In this document: positions 22,755 through 36,535 of the stretch, piece by piece
How the letters are laid out: the number at the start of each line of letters is the position of its first letter
Numbering within the stretch: the stretch's first letter is position 1
Source: Octopus sinensis
Taxonomy: Eukaryota
NCBI RefSeq assembly: GCF_006345805.1
Contig: NC_043002.1
Location: 66,154,001 to 66,218,000, forward strand
DNA: 64,000 nucleotides
Reading direction: 5' to 3'
Notes under the pieces: generated by a model
Told to the model about the DNA's origin: nothing
The model's input: only the letters and a program-made list of their open reading frames with translations
The model's database searches: none
Translations under genes and position numbers: made by a program

Positions 22755-25700
22755 GTAAATTAATATATGAGGAACAATTTCTTTGAAATGTATCATTAGC
22801 ATGTTCTGTTATTACTATTGTAGTCCATTTGACCAGGAACACTGTCAGTCAAGCACGTGTTTACGTTCACGTCTGTTGTTGATTCATTATATCTTGTTTT
22901 CTTTTAAATATAAATTTTGGGTTCTTATTGTTAAATATCCCAATTTTAACGAGGAGAGTTCGACTAATAAAACCCACACGAACAAACATAAACCACTGAA
23001 TGCAGCAGACATATTTTCAAAATTAAAATAAACTAACAGTGGTAAACAACGAAAACGAGATAAAATGAGCTGGATTTTAAAAAAAATTTTTAGCCAGGAG
23101 GGAAGAGCAGCGATGCCTCCGGGAGTGATAACGGAAGGAGGGAGAAAGATATCCTCAAACTGTAGACCTAGTCTAAAGGCATCCAAGGGACAGCTAGTGT
23201 TGTTAAACCGGGAAGGGGGAAACTCTGGGTAATGGTATAGATACACGAAATATTGATGGTACTAAGATGAGGGAAGATGAAGGGGGAAAATTTAAGAAAA
23301 CATGGAGCAATACAAGCCTTACTTATCTTCGTCTTCGAAGAATCCTACGTTATCGTTATCGTTTCGAACAGTTAATAATCAAATCTCCTGTAAATCACTA
23401 TTGTCTTCATAATGAAGGGCACATTGGATAATATAGTCGTAATACACGGTGTCCAAAAGAAAGACGGGATGGTCACGCCTGAAACGTCTTCGATTATAGG
23501 ATTTACATGGGTCTCAACAGCCTCCAGTCCCCCTAATGGCAACCCATTGAGTTTACGGCGGAGGTAAAGAATACGCACACCACCCGTTTTCGGCGTAACC
23601 CTAACTATTAACACCTGGTGTGCGTATTCTTTACCTTTTCTGAGTTTATACGAACGAACGTATCATATGTATACACATCGAAATGTGTTTTATTTTATTT
23701 TTGTTCTTGATAATTATCAATAATGAAGAAGGGAGCGAGCAGCAGAATCGTTCGCATGCCATACAAAATGCTCAGCAGTACTTTTTACGTTTCTGCGTTT
23801 TGAGTTCAAATGTCGCCGAGGTCGATTTTGCCTTTCATCCCTTCGGGGGTCGATAAAATAAGTGCCAGTCAAGCATTGGGGTCGATGTAATCGACTTCCT
23901 CCTCGTCTCCAACTCTCAATTTCCAGTCTTGTACCTGTAGGAAAATTATTACTATTAAAGGCTTATATTCTTGCTGCATTCAGGTGATTTTCGTCCGTAG
24001 GCATCGTGCGATCCTAACGGACCAATGAAGGAATCCCTACAAAGTCGTTCGATATAGTAGAAATATCAACCCTCATATCACATCCTACCATCTTTAAAAA
24101 AACCCCCCAAAAAACTCTAAGTATTAAGTCTGAGGACGTAAACAACTTGCCTGCCTTTAGTTACAGTTATAATGCCATGATAATTTTGACATTTCCTGCT
24201 CGATTAGTTTCTTTTTACTTCCACTACATTATTACTCGGTTATATATGTTTATGTTTATAAACTATCACCTGTATAAAACACACCAACGAGGTTGCCTGC
24301 CCGTGGTCGCTCGATCTGCTAAAAATAAAAACCACTTCACGCTGCCATCTTACAAAAATAGAAGTACACATTGCATAAGGTAGTCCTAGGTGCACCGCAT
24401 CAAAAAAATCGGAGAGTCATAGCTGGAACGTCTTCGATTATAGTTTTGGTTGATCATGGCTGATGTGGACATAAACGGCAATCACACACCTCCAGTTTCT
24501 AAGAACTAAAGAGGAGTAACTCGTGTTGAAATGTTGAAATATCGCCAGGCACAAACGTAATAATAGGTTAAAGTTAGCGAACATGTATTTTATGTAGTAA
24601 GTATTGAAAAGCTTATCAGAAATGATTACGTGGCAAGAAAAAGACAAAATTACGCAAAAGTCTAAAATCATTTTAATTATTGATTCAAGTATTGGGAAAC
24701 AACTGTGATTATATTTTGGTCTTATTAGGCTTCAGCGAAGTGTAGACTTTACCATACTTGCCGAAGTGGTAATGAGACTATCATGAATGTACAATGTTGT
24801 ACAATAATTGGTCTAGAAAATATGCATATTTCGGAGGATAAATTACTAAGAGACGCCTTCCTTCGTTTTCTCCATTAACCATGTCCTCCTCCCCTTTTTC
24901 CGTTCAATACATCACCTATATCTAGGGCCAGATTAAGACCCATAGCACTTAAAAGATTTTAGTGCCACCTACATATACATAATTCAAAGTACAAACAATG
25001 ATAAACCATATTTTTTTTCCAAAACTAACAGTAAGATAGAAAATAATATTCATTTTTGTATATTTCCACTTTATTTGTATTTGGAAAGTTTTCTCCTGCT
25101 TTTTTTAATTGCAAAGTCTTTGATCAGATCCTCACTTTGGCACCATGGACGCTTAGAAATTATATTTCTGATCATATAAACCACTTCGAGTGTTATTTTA
25201 GCAAGTTTAAAGTGATTTAGTTTGCTTAATGGTTAATCCAGCGCTGCATCTCTCACCTTGCTCTTTCATGAACTTACCCGATCCTCTGTCACTATTCCCC
25301 TTACCTGGTTCTCTGCACCCATCCCTCTCACATTCACCCTCTTGTACCTTGAGAGTACGTCCTGACACCTAATCACCACCTCTGTCTCTTCTCTATTTCC
25401 AGCTGGGATTGCCATCTATCTCCTCTACAGCAAAGCACCTATTCTTATCTATCTTACTCTTGCCTCTCAACACTTGGCATTAGCTTCGTCCCTCACTACT
25501 ACACCATCCTTAATCAAAGGGTTTTTTCTTGCAATCTACTTAGTGACTTTACTAGTAATATGAAAAAGTACCGGTATACTCTGTAATGTCGTTGGCATCA
25601 GGAAGGGTATTCAGCTATAGAAACCAAAACTGACATCAGAGCACAACATAATCCTCTGACCTGTCAGATCCTATCAAATTGGTCAACTCACACCAACATG

Positions 25701-27988
25701 GAATACAGACGCTAAATGATGATGATTAGTATTACCATTTATTGCAGCATGTATTAAAAAAGCTAATTTGAAATAATTATGCTGTGAGGACAAGAGACAA
25801 CACTTCTGTGGGCTAGGTGTCACACAGTGGAAAAGAGACACAGATCAGCTGAATGGACTTACTTTTAGATGATTGGTGTGAAGTCACTGAGACATGTACT
25901 AGCCCCTGGCCCACAGAAGTGTTGTCTCCTCTCTCTCTCTTTCTTCTGCTACCTCTGCAGTGGCCTCTGCTCCTCATTAGCTGTTTAGTCCCATGCTATC
26001 TCCACTCAAGTACACTTGTCTCGCTCATCTCTTCCCTTCAAATAACCTATGTTGTGTCTTCCACCGACCCACAAACACTTAATCAAGGAATAGAATTGAA
26101 CCCCAAATCATGTAGCTGGGAAGTGAAATTCTTAAACCAACCAGCCACACTGGCACCTTGAATTGTCGGAAGCTGTTCCCTTTATACCCCACTTTATATA
26201 TTTTAGCCAACAAAGGAGCTTCCATATAATCACTCAACCTGCTGGCTGCTAAATCTTTTTTAAATTGCACCTTGCTGTCAGAAAAGTACACATTGGATAA
26301 TGTGGTTCTTAGTGTCTTGGGATAATGGAAAGGTCATGGTTGGAATGTTTGTGACATAGGTCTGCTCAGTCAAGGCTGACTTGGAGCTAAACAACAATTT
26401 CATATAATTTTTCCTGAATTGAATTACACTGATGAATTCAAGTGCTTATCCTTCACGAAGAAAGGCACAAGCCTATGTAAGTAATCTATGTGTGTATGTA
26501 TACACACACTTATATATATTCTTTTACTTGTTTCAGTCATTTGACTGTGGCCATGGTGTAGCACCGCCTTTAGTTGATCGAGCAAATCGACCCCAAGACT
26601 TATTCTTTGTAAGCCTAGTACTTATTCTATCGGTCTTTTGCTGAACCACCTAGTTACAGGGATGTAAATACACCAGTATCGGTTGTCAAGCGATGTTGGG
26701 GGATCAAACATAGACACACAAACATATACACACACATACATATATATATATATGCATACATGCGATGGGCTTCTTTCAGTTTCCGTCTACCAAGGTGCCA
26801 TGCAGTGGGACTGAACCCGGAACCATGTGGTACGTAAGCAAGCTACTTAACACACGGCCACTCCCACGCCTATATATCTATATATGATGGCCAAATATAG
26901 TTATTGCTTGAAGCATTTCTGTATCAATCTTGTGTCTGAACAGAGCACAGATACTTTTCAGGGTGGCAAGTGACCTTACATTCTTTGGCACAGATGATGC
27001 ATGCATGATTGGCCCCAACAACAGGGATTTCTTGTTGGTCATCATGCCCTTTTATGTTGTTGTATAGTGAAACTGTACACCCCTCCCAGTAAAAAGTGAT
27101 AGGAGTTGTTGTTTAGCTCCAAGTCAGCCCTGACTGAGCAGACCTATGTCACAAACATTCCAATCATGACCTTTCTATTTATCCTAAGACACCAAGGACT
27201 ACATTATCCAATGTGTACTTTTCTGACAGCAAGGTGCAATTTAAAAAAGATTTAGCAACCAGAAGGTTGAGTGATTATATAGAAACTGTATACCCCTCCC
27301 GGTAAAAAGTGATTATAAATAGACCAGTAGCCATCGTCAAGAGAGGGTTGAGAGTCGAAGAGTTGAAAGTTGACAGTTCTAATCGGTATCTTGTGGAGCT
27401 CTCAGCGATAGTAAGACAAGACATTAGTGTATTACTATTCCGGTACAAAGAGATACAATGCTATCTGATGACTAGTAACTACTGTGGCTACTAGCATAAA
27501 ACAGCAACTACAGTACAATGGCAGTCACACATCACACCAGTAGGAGGAACCCACTTTGCAACATCATCATCATCGTTCAACTGTATATGTTTGTGTGTCT
27601 GTGTTAGTCCCCCGAACATCACTTGACAACCGATGCTGGTATGTTTACATCCCCATAACTTATTGGTTCAGCAAAAGAGACCGATAGAATAAGTACTAGG
27701 CTTACAAAGAATAAGTCCTGGGGTCAATTTGCTCGATCGACTAAAGGCAGTGTTCCAGCATGGCCACAATCAAATGACTGAAACAAGTAAAAGAGAACTT
27801 TACATGGTTCAATTGGTTTACGTGCCACCAGCACAGGGGCCAGAGGCGGCTGGCAACGGCCACGATTGGTTGGTGCTTTTTACATATGTATATATACATA
27901 CATGCATACATTCACATGCATGTATACACAGATCCACACATGACAACACATATAAATAATTGATGGTTCTTGTCTTTTTCTTTTTTAG

Positions 27989-28126
27989 GCTGCTTGTATT
28001 CCAATGTTTCTCCAAAACAAAGATGTAGCAACTGAGGCAGTGACAGGGAGTGGCAAAACTCTGGCATTTGTTATACCCATCATTGAACGACTACAGAAAC
28101 ATGAACAACCCTGGAAGAAACATGAG
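27989..28126 (+). CDS. DDX55: DDX55 exon 2 ([24 protein letters not shown]...KKHE)
   Basis: ttttttag| acceptor, Walker A, GAG|gtaacc donor. Confidence 0.95.
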
Positions 28127-29846
28127 GTAACCTCAGTTAACTTTTATGGTTCATTTTGTCTTTCTTACCTCCTGAAGTCTGTGAATCTAAATTCATTTTA
28201 TTGTTTTGTAGACATAGATGTGTGATTAAGAAGTTTGGTTTCCAGCCACATGGTTTTGGGTTCAGACACACTGTGTGACACCTCGAGCAAGTATCTTCTA
28301 CAGCCTCAGCTCAGCCAAAGTCTTTTGAGTGTATTTGGTAGACAGAAACTGAAGGAAGACTTGTGTGTTTGTTCCCCACCACCATTTGACAGCTGGTATT
28401 GGTGTGTTTACATCCCTGTAACTTAGCAGTTCAGTAAAAGAGACTGATAATAATAAGTACCAGGCTTAAAAGAAAAAAATAAGTATAAGGATTGATTTAT
28501 TTGATTCTAAACTCTTCAAGGCTGTGCTCCAGCATGGCTGTGGTCAAATGTCTGAAACAAATAAAAGATAAAAGATAAATGTGTAGTTAAGAAGCTTCCT
28601 TCCCAACCATATAATTCTGGGTTCAGTCCCACTGTATGGCACCTTGGGCAAGTGTCTTCCACTAGAACCTGAGGCTGACCCAAACCTTGTAAATGGTAGA
28701 TGGAAACTGAAAGAAATCTATTGTATGCGTATGTGTCTTCTTGTCATGGCATCACATAATTATTGTAAAGGAATGTCACTCATCTCTTAGAGTCTGTAAA
28801 AACTTGTCTGGCCATGGAGAAATATTACTTTACAGGGATACAGGTTAGAGTTGGTGATAAAAGGGCAACCGACTGTAGAAAATCTGCTTCAGTGAATTCT
28901 GTGCAACTAATGTAGACGTGGATAAGTGGATGTCAAAGCAATGACAGTGGTATTCTGCAGTAGATTGCCTGAGATAGACTGAAACATTAGTCTATCTTGT
29001 TGAAGTGTATAGCATTATGGAAACAGATTGATAACTTCTTATAAAAACAGATCACAAATTCACAGTATTACAAGGATCTTCATCATCAACATCATAACAT
29101 CAATTTTCCATGTTTGCATTGTTGTTGTTGTGTGTTCCTTCTCAAGCCATGTGTGGCTCATAAGGGCTAGTTTCCTGGTTTCATTGGCATATAGGTTCCC
29201 CACCTGGACTGGACGCTAGTCTGTCACAGGTGAGTTGCTAAATGCAGAAGGAAAGAGTGAGAGAAAGTTGTGCTGAAAAAGTCAGCAGAAGTTTGCCATA
29301 ACCTTCTGCCAGAGCCGCATGGAGCTTAGGTGTTTCGCTCATAAATACACACATCACCCGGTCTGAGATTTGAACCCATGATCACTTGACCGCGAGTCCA
29401 CTGCTCTAACCACTAGGCTATGTGCTTCCACATGTTTGCATTGGTCGAATAGAATTTGTTGAAGCAGATTTTCTATGGCTGAATGCTATTCCCCTCACCA
29501 ACCGTTACCTGTTCCCAAGCAAGGTGTTTTCTAGGAAAACTGGAAACAAATGACACTGCTTGTATGACCATGACTCTCGTTTACAACTGTTGTGTGATAC
29601 TGAGACAAGGAGAAACACACACATACACATGTATTATGACAGGCTTCTTTCTGTCTACTGAATCCATTCACAAGTGTTTTGTTGACTCAAGGCTATTGTA
29701 GAAGACACTTATCTAAGGTGCTGTGTAGTGGAACTGAACCCAAAACCATGTGATTGGAAAGCAAATTTCTTAACCACACATCCATGCACAACATGTGTAT
29801 ATAAATACTTATCTCTTGTGATGCTTTTTTCCTCTTCGCAATCCAG

Positions 29847-30001
29847 ATTGCTGCAATAGTTTTGACTCCTACCAGAGAACTGGCCATCCAAATTGAGGAG
29901 GTCCTATTAGTATTCCTCAGACATTTACCTCAGTTTACCTCCTGTTGTATGATTGGTGGTACCAGTGTTCAATTGGATATTGAAAAATTTCAGGAACATG
30001 G
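29847..30001 (+). CDS. DDX55: DDX55 exon 3 (IAAIVLTPTRELA...KFQEH)
   Basis: atccag| acceptor, motif Ia, GG motif, |gtaaga donor. Confidence 0.95.
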
Positions 30002-32136
30002 GTAAGAAAATTTTTTATTTATTTTCGTTTCAACAAATAACCAAATCTTTTGCCCTGTGCATAGACAATTCAATGTTTCTTCCCATCATCATCGTCAGAC
30101 CCTCTTTAGCAAAAATACTTAATGCACAGTGGTCCAGTCTATTGAAACTGTAAACAGGTACCACAAGGAAAGCAAATCTCATGGGTGTGAAGTGTAATTG
30201 CACATAACTAAGTCTATGGATTCATCTTCATCATCAATTAGCCTCCATATTTCCATGTTGGCATAGGTTGAATCTGACAAGTTCAAGGGATGGTCTTAAC
30301 AAGATCTGACAAGTCCAAGAGCATGGTTTCTATGGCTGGGTACCCTTTCTAACATCAACCACTTCATGCTACCAGCAGTAGTGAGGTCACCATACAGCTT
30401 TCAAGATTACAAACCCTGTGAGGGGTTGCTATTTGTCAGGCAATGAGTAATTGTTAGAAGGGGGTCAGAGCAGGACAGGTTTCTTGCCGTCGAGTCAATT
30501 TTTGTTGAAGAAATATTTATAAAATGGTTGTATGAACAGTATTTATGTTTTCTTGTACACCACTTATGAGTGTTAGTGGTGTACGAGAAAAGTGTGGAAG
30601 TGGAGAAGTGTATAGCAAAAATGAAAGGTATAATAAGAGTGAAATTAGGTGAGAATGAAGAGGACCATATGAAAGCAGTACTACTAGAGAGCAAAAGAGC
30701 GTCAAGACTAAAAGAAATACTTGGAAGCAGAGTGGAAGTTACAAAGAATTGGTTTCAATATGATGAATTGCCAGCTGTGATAATGTATGAATATTTAATA
30801 AATTATTCAATATAAACACGATACATATTGGACAAAATCATTGATTATAAAAAACAGTAAAATGGAACTATGAGCTTTGGGTGGGGGCTTGTAAGCCATT
30901 ACATCTTTCGTCCGATTTTATTTTATTTTTATTTACATTTCATTTATTCGTTCTATGTACCCCACGTTTTGTGTTGTCTGACCTTATAATGTCCCCTCTT
31001 CGATAAGGCTATATGTCTATAATAAAGAGTATTAATGTATTATTCTAGTTTCGATATCTGCTTTTTGCATACTGGAATAGAATTGCATTGATGTAAATTC
31101 AGTTTCCCAAACACTACATTTGTGATACAAATGTAACTACATTAGTTAGTGTTAACCCTGTTGTAAATAGGTTGCAAAAAAACAAAATGTTGCTGTTAAG
31201 TGTTGTTAAGAGCACTAAATAATTGATGAGTGTTTCATTAGTTGCAATATTGAATTCAACTCGTCCTGGGTAATATAGCATAAAAATAGATAGCCTTTGC
31301 CAAGTTAAACTGTGTGACAGGAAAAACATCAGTAGTGTCCCAGAAACCCTTATAAGTTGTAAGGCGGTGAGCTGGTAGAAACGTTAGCACACCAGGCGAA
31401 ATGCTTAGCAATATTTCGTCTGCAGCTACATTCTGAGTTCAAATTTCACCAAGGTCAACTTCGCCTTTCATCCTTTCGAGGTCGCTTAAATAAGTACCGG
31501 TTTTACCACTGGGGTCGATATTATCGACTTAATCCGTTTGTCTGTCCTCGTTTGTCCCCTCTGTGTTTAGCCCCCTGTGGATAATAAAGAAACAAGAAAC
31601 CCTTATAAGCTGTTGGGTAAACTAACATACTTTTAACTAGTGAACATACTTTTGCAGTCATGCTGCGGCACTGTCTTGAAGAATTTTTAGTGGAATGAAC
31701 CAACCCTAGTACTTCAGGTGGAATCAGCACAGGTGCTTTTTATGTGCCACCAGCATGGTGCCTCTTTACATGGCACCAGCAGGGAAAATTTATGACCCTA
31801 ACATGACTTGAACACAGCCTTCTGATCTAGAATCAAACATGCTACTGTCATGCCACAAGGCTAGCTGTGCCAAAATATCTTTATTTACCAGTTCAAAAAA
31901 AAAAAAAATCTAAAGTATATCAAAATTAAAACTAATTGAACACTTAAAGCTACTTAACAAAAGACTATTTCAAAAGAAATAAACTCAGTTCTGATACATA
32001 AGCCTTTCTTTTCAAGATCAAAGCATTGTTTGAATATAAAAGTGAAGTGAATGAAACATGGAAGATGTGAAATAAAAATCACATTGTATAGAAAACAGAA
32101 GTTAAAATATGATGGTTTTTAAAATATTATTTGCAG

Positions 32137-32230
32137 AGGTCACATTATAGTCGCAACCCCTGGTCGCTTGGAAGATATACTGGATCGGCAAGCAAAAACT
32201 TTGAACTTTGCATCTTATGTCAAGTCATTG
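32137..32230 (+). CDS. DDX55: DDX55 exon 4 (GHIIVATPGRLEDIL...VKSL)
   Basis: ttgcag| acceptor, motif Ib, |gtaagt donor. Confidence 0.95.
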
Positions 32231-33012
32231 GTAAGTTCACTGAATGACTTTGTTTTGTTTTTAAACTTAATGTGTTTTGTTTTTTTAGTGTATGATAAGC
32301 ATTCATGTTGTTTAAAGCCCTGACTCACCAGACCTTTGTTTAAAGGCATTTTAACTGTGATTATATCATTCTTAGAAATGGGGCACCAAGTCCATAATTA
32401 CCGATTTTTCCTTTTCTCAGACAAGGAAGGATTTGAGGTAGATTAAACTGTTATTTTTAGCAGGCCAAGTGACCATGTAAAGGCTCTCCTTTGGCTCATT
32501 GCCTGTGAGTGTAGTATGTGTATGGTCGGAGTGAGTGCTATATATGTGTGTGTGTGTACATACATATACACATTCATGTCAGAATAATTGGCATTAGGAA
32601 GGGTGTCCAGACAGAAATCATGTCAAAACTTTGTCACTGGAGCAAGACAGGATCCAACTGGTCTTCTGACCAGTTGAATTTTGTCAAAATGTCCCATTCA
32701 TGTTACCATTGAAAGCAGATATGTATGTGTAGGAAGAGTGTATTTGATGGCTGTTCTATGTATTATGTGTGGTATATGTAAGAGAAGGATGTCAGCATGT
32801 GTGAGTGAGGCCATCAATTTGTAGAAAGAAGGGTGTCAAGCATTATTGAGTTATTACCCTGAGCAAGTTGAATGGCTACTTAAAAGTTCCCTCATTTGCT
32901 CATAGAAGGTTCTAGTGATTGCTGTGACTGTAATTGTTGTTGAAGAGAAATGACTGACATGGAGTTTTATTGATTGTAATTTTTCTTTTGTCTCTCTTGA
33001 AACTTTCATCAG

Positions 33013-33068
33013 GAAGTCTTTGTGATGGATGAAGCTGATCGGTTATTAGAAAGTGGATTTGAAGCGAG
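33013..33068 (+). CDS. DDX55: DDX55 exon 5 (EVFVMDEADRLLESGFEA)
   Basis: catcag| acceptor, DEAD motif, AG|gtaagt donor. Confidence 0.95.
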
Positions 33069-33269
33069 GTAAGTATCAGGGGAAGAAATAAAAAAGGCTG
33101 CATAAGGCAGGTTATTTCTTTAGATATTGAAGAGGGTGATGAAATTGCAGATACAGGTTTGTGCTGGACTGGATGAATGCTTGTATAGTATTTAGTTTCA
33201 TCCATCTGTATTCTTAAAGTAGCAAACTGACAGTGACATCGGAGTATTGGATATGATACCTTCTGGTAC

Positions 33270-33515
33270 TTAAAGGTACACGGCTTAGTGATTATGGTGT
33301 TGTGCTCACAATCATAAGTTCATGGTTTCAATTCCCAGACAAGGTAGTGTGTTGTGTTCTTGAGCAAGATGCTTCATTTCACATTGCTGTGGTCTACCCA
33401 ACTGTATAGGAGTGTACCTGTGACAGACTGGTATCCCATTTAAGGGTAATGTGATCTCAGTCACATGCTATGGAAGTCGGGTAACTGGCCCTTTGAGTCC
33501 TGGGACTCAAAACAG
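33270..33515 (+). mobile_element. Older tRNA-headed SINE (family D, CORE-like centre)
   Basis: ggcttagtgattatggtgttg...ggtttcaattcc head then ttgtgttcttgagcaagatgcttcatttcac; related minus-strand head at about 13455-13580. Confidence 0.55.
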
Positions 33516-34475
33516 TAATATTCAGGGGTTGATGTATATACATACACATATATATACACATACACTTTAAAATAGCTGGCGTTAGGAAGGGTGTCCAACT
33601 TTGTCACTGGAGCAAGATGGGATCCAACCAGTCTTCTGACCAGTTGAATTTTGTCAAAATGTCCTATTCATGTTACCATTGAAAGCAAATATGTATGTGT
33701 AGTTGTTCCACCTACGTGTATTCTGAGTTCTAATTCCTCTGAGACCAACTTTGCTTCTCAATCTTTTGGGATTGGTAAATAAGTACCACTCCAAGACATT
33801 GAATTGGCAGAAACTATTTAGAGCATTAAATGAGATGCTTTGCTGTAGTCTTTCTGGACCTTTATGTTCTGAGACCAAATTCCAACTTGGGATTGAAATC
33901 CTTTATGGCCACAGTTGATTATGAAAGCTACAAGGGTGGTGCATGGAGGGGAGAAGGAGTGTGGTTCTCTCTGAATATTGTCAAATGTTGATGATGATGA
34001 TGTCCTGCTTTTGGTTGCCACTAAATCTGACACTGCTGCGTAATCTTAGGGTGCCTTTAGCAGACTTCACACTCTTGTTCCTTGCCCACTTTTTTTTGGT
34101 CAGGGCAGATATCACCTCATTATCACCAATCTAGCAGAGTTCATAATGGTCATCGGCACCACCCACATCTCTCCTGAGTGACAACCCCCACCAAAAAAAA
34201 ACTATCATCATCTTTTCATCCTTTCTAAGGCAAAGAAATAACTGAAGTGCTTCTTAACTTTTACTTGTTTCAATCATTTGACTGTGGCCATGCTGGGGCA
34301 TCCCTTTGAAGAATTTTTAGTCAAATGTATCAACCCTAATACTTATGTTTTTAAAGCTTGGTACTTATTCTATTGTCTCTTTTGTCAAAATGTTAAGTTA
34401 TGAGGCTGCAAACACAAACACCAGTTGTCAAGTGGTGGTGGGAGACAAAGACAGACACACATTCATATATATATA

Positions 34476-34736
34476 AATTAGAAAAAACCACCTTTTATCA
34501 ATTCAAAATGAACAATTAAATTACACCATCTAGAAAATTACATATAATAGAAAAGTAAATTGCAAAAAAATAAAAACATATATAATTGGTAGAATACATT
34601 TTTATTATCTTTTTGCAATTTACTTAATCATTGGTATTTTATTGTTATTTTAATATTTCTATTATATGTAATTTTCTAGATGGTGTAATTTAATTGTTCA
34701 TTTTGAATTGATAAAAGGTGTTTTTTTTCTAATTTT
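34476..34736. repeat. AT-rich foldback/MITE with ~80-bp inverted arms between (TA)n tracts
   Basis: aattagaaaaaaccaccttttatcaattc...catataatagaaa is matched by its reverse complement at 34656-34736. Confidence 0.8.
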
Positions 34737-36535
34737 ACATATATATATATATATTATATTGTGTGAAATTTACTTTAGTATTTCTAAACTGAATTTTTTC
34801 CCTGTAAGTTAGGATTAATATTCCCTCAAATAATTATTATATATATATATATATACAATGAGCTGTTATTCTGTTTCCATCTACCAAATCCACTGACAAG
34901 GCTTTTGTTGACCTGAGGCCATAGCAGAAGACACTTGCTCAAGGTGTTACAATATACTTCAACTGAATTTCTACTCCTACGAATTTACGACCCATGTCAT
35001 TGTAAGACACCATTTATTACACGTGTGCTGCTGTTGTTGACGATGTGATGTGTTATAGTCATGAAATACTGCTGGACTGTTTTTGTTCTGCAATACACTA
35101 TAACACAGTGTACCAACATTTTCTGCCCTGTGACACCCTTGCCAAGCCTTTCAGAAATCCACGGCACCCCTATTAGAAATCCAATACAGGTATCGAACCG
35201 CTTATCAGAAATTCAGGTATTTTTGAAACTGGTTAGCTTTGAATTTCACGAACTGCAGTAGTTCGCTACATGGCCACTTTGTTTTGATTTCTGTGGCATA
35301 TACATCACACAACACCAGATTAAACAGACCCTGCTTTAGAAATGTATTGATTTATATATGTTATACTATTTTGTTCTTTATTTTATATTATCGGTATATA
35401 ATTAGCCTGTGTTCAGAAATCTGAAAAATTTTAAAATCCAGACCACCTCTGGTCCCAAGGTTGCTGGTTAAGAGTTGTATTTTGATTCAGCATCAATATA
35501 ACAAAATTTTGTCCCTGGATAACAGCATCTAAATAAGAAAACTATGTCCCTGGAATTGATAATGAAAAATTTTCTGTATTTCACCAATGTTGATATAATA
35601 AACATAAAATAGATGATAATACAAAAATGTAATAGACAACAATACAAAATATAAGATGACAATATTATTTATTGTTAAAATATCGAAATGTATTTTTGAC
35701 TCTAAATGGTCAATCATGAAACCACATGCATATGTATATTTCGCGGCACCCCTCGGTTGATCTCATGGCACCCCAGGGTGCTGTGGCACAACTGTTGGGG
35801 ACCTGTGCACTATAACATAGTGTTGTGTTTCATAATTTGACTTTATTAAACTGCCAGCACGGAAAATGGACATTAAAGGATGGTGATGATGATGATGATG
35901 TCGTCAGGTATTGAGCTGTGGTGATGTTATCAACTATAATGTTGTATTAGTGTTAATGATTATAGTGTTGGGTCAAATAAGTGCACTAAAGAATTGTGTC
36001 GTATAACATCATAAAGTATAGTCTGGCTCTTCATTTTAAAAACCACTTTGGGCTGATAGTAATTTTATGTGAAATAAGGTCACGTTTTTAGTGCGTCTAT
36101 CATGACTCAATGTCCACAGGAAGACCTAAACTCAACTAAGGAAACACTCATCCTCTGTACAAAAAATATACAGCTGCTGCTTAAGTATTGGCCTATTTCA
36201 CTGTGTTTCATACATAGAATTAGTTGGAATGGGTTAAAATGTTATGTGACTTTAAAATTGGAATGAAATGATTGGGTGTGGTTGTTTGGACACTGGTGAT
36301 TTAGCATGGAGACAAGCACATGCAGAAGAACATGCTCTTATGGATAGAGTGAGTAAGAGGAAGAGAGAGAGAGAGAGAGTCAGCATTGAATGCCTGTTTT
36401 CCATGCTGGCATGGATTCGACGGTTTGACGGGAGCTGCACCAATCACTTCACAGGTGCTTTACAGTTTATTAATTGAACTCAACTGGTATAAACACTTCC
36501 CTCTCTCTTCATACACCGAGAGGAATGTGCTCACA

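Noticed and set aside
30407-30815. Possible decayed Penelope RT fragment in intron 3
   Set aside because: Only a vague resemblance; no catalytic motif is visible.
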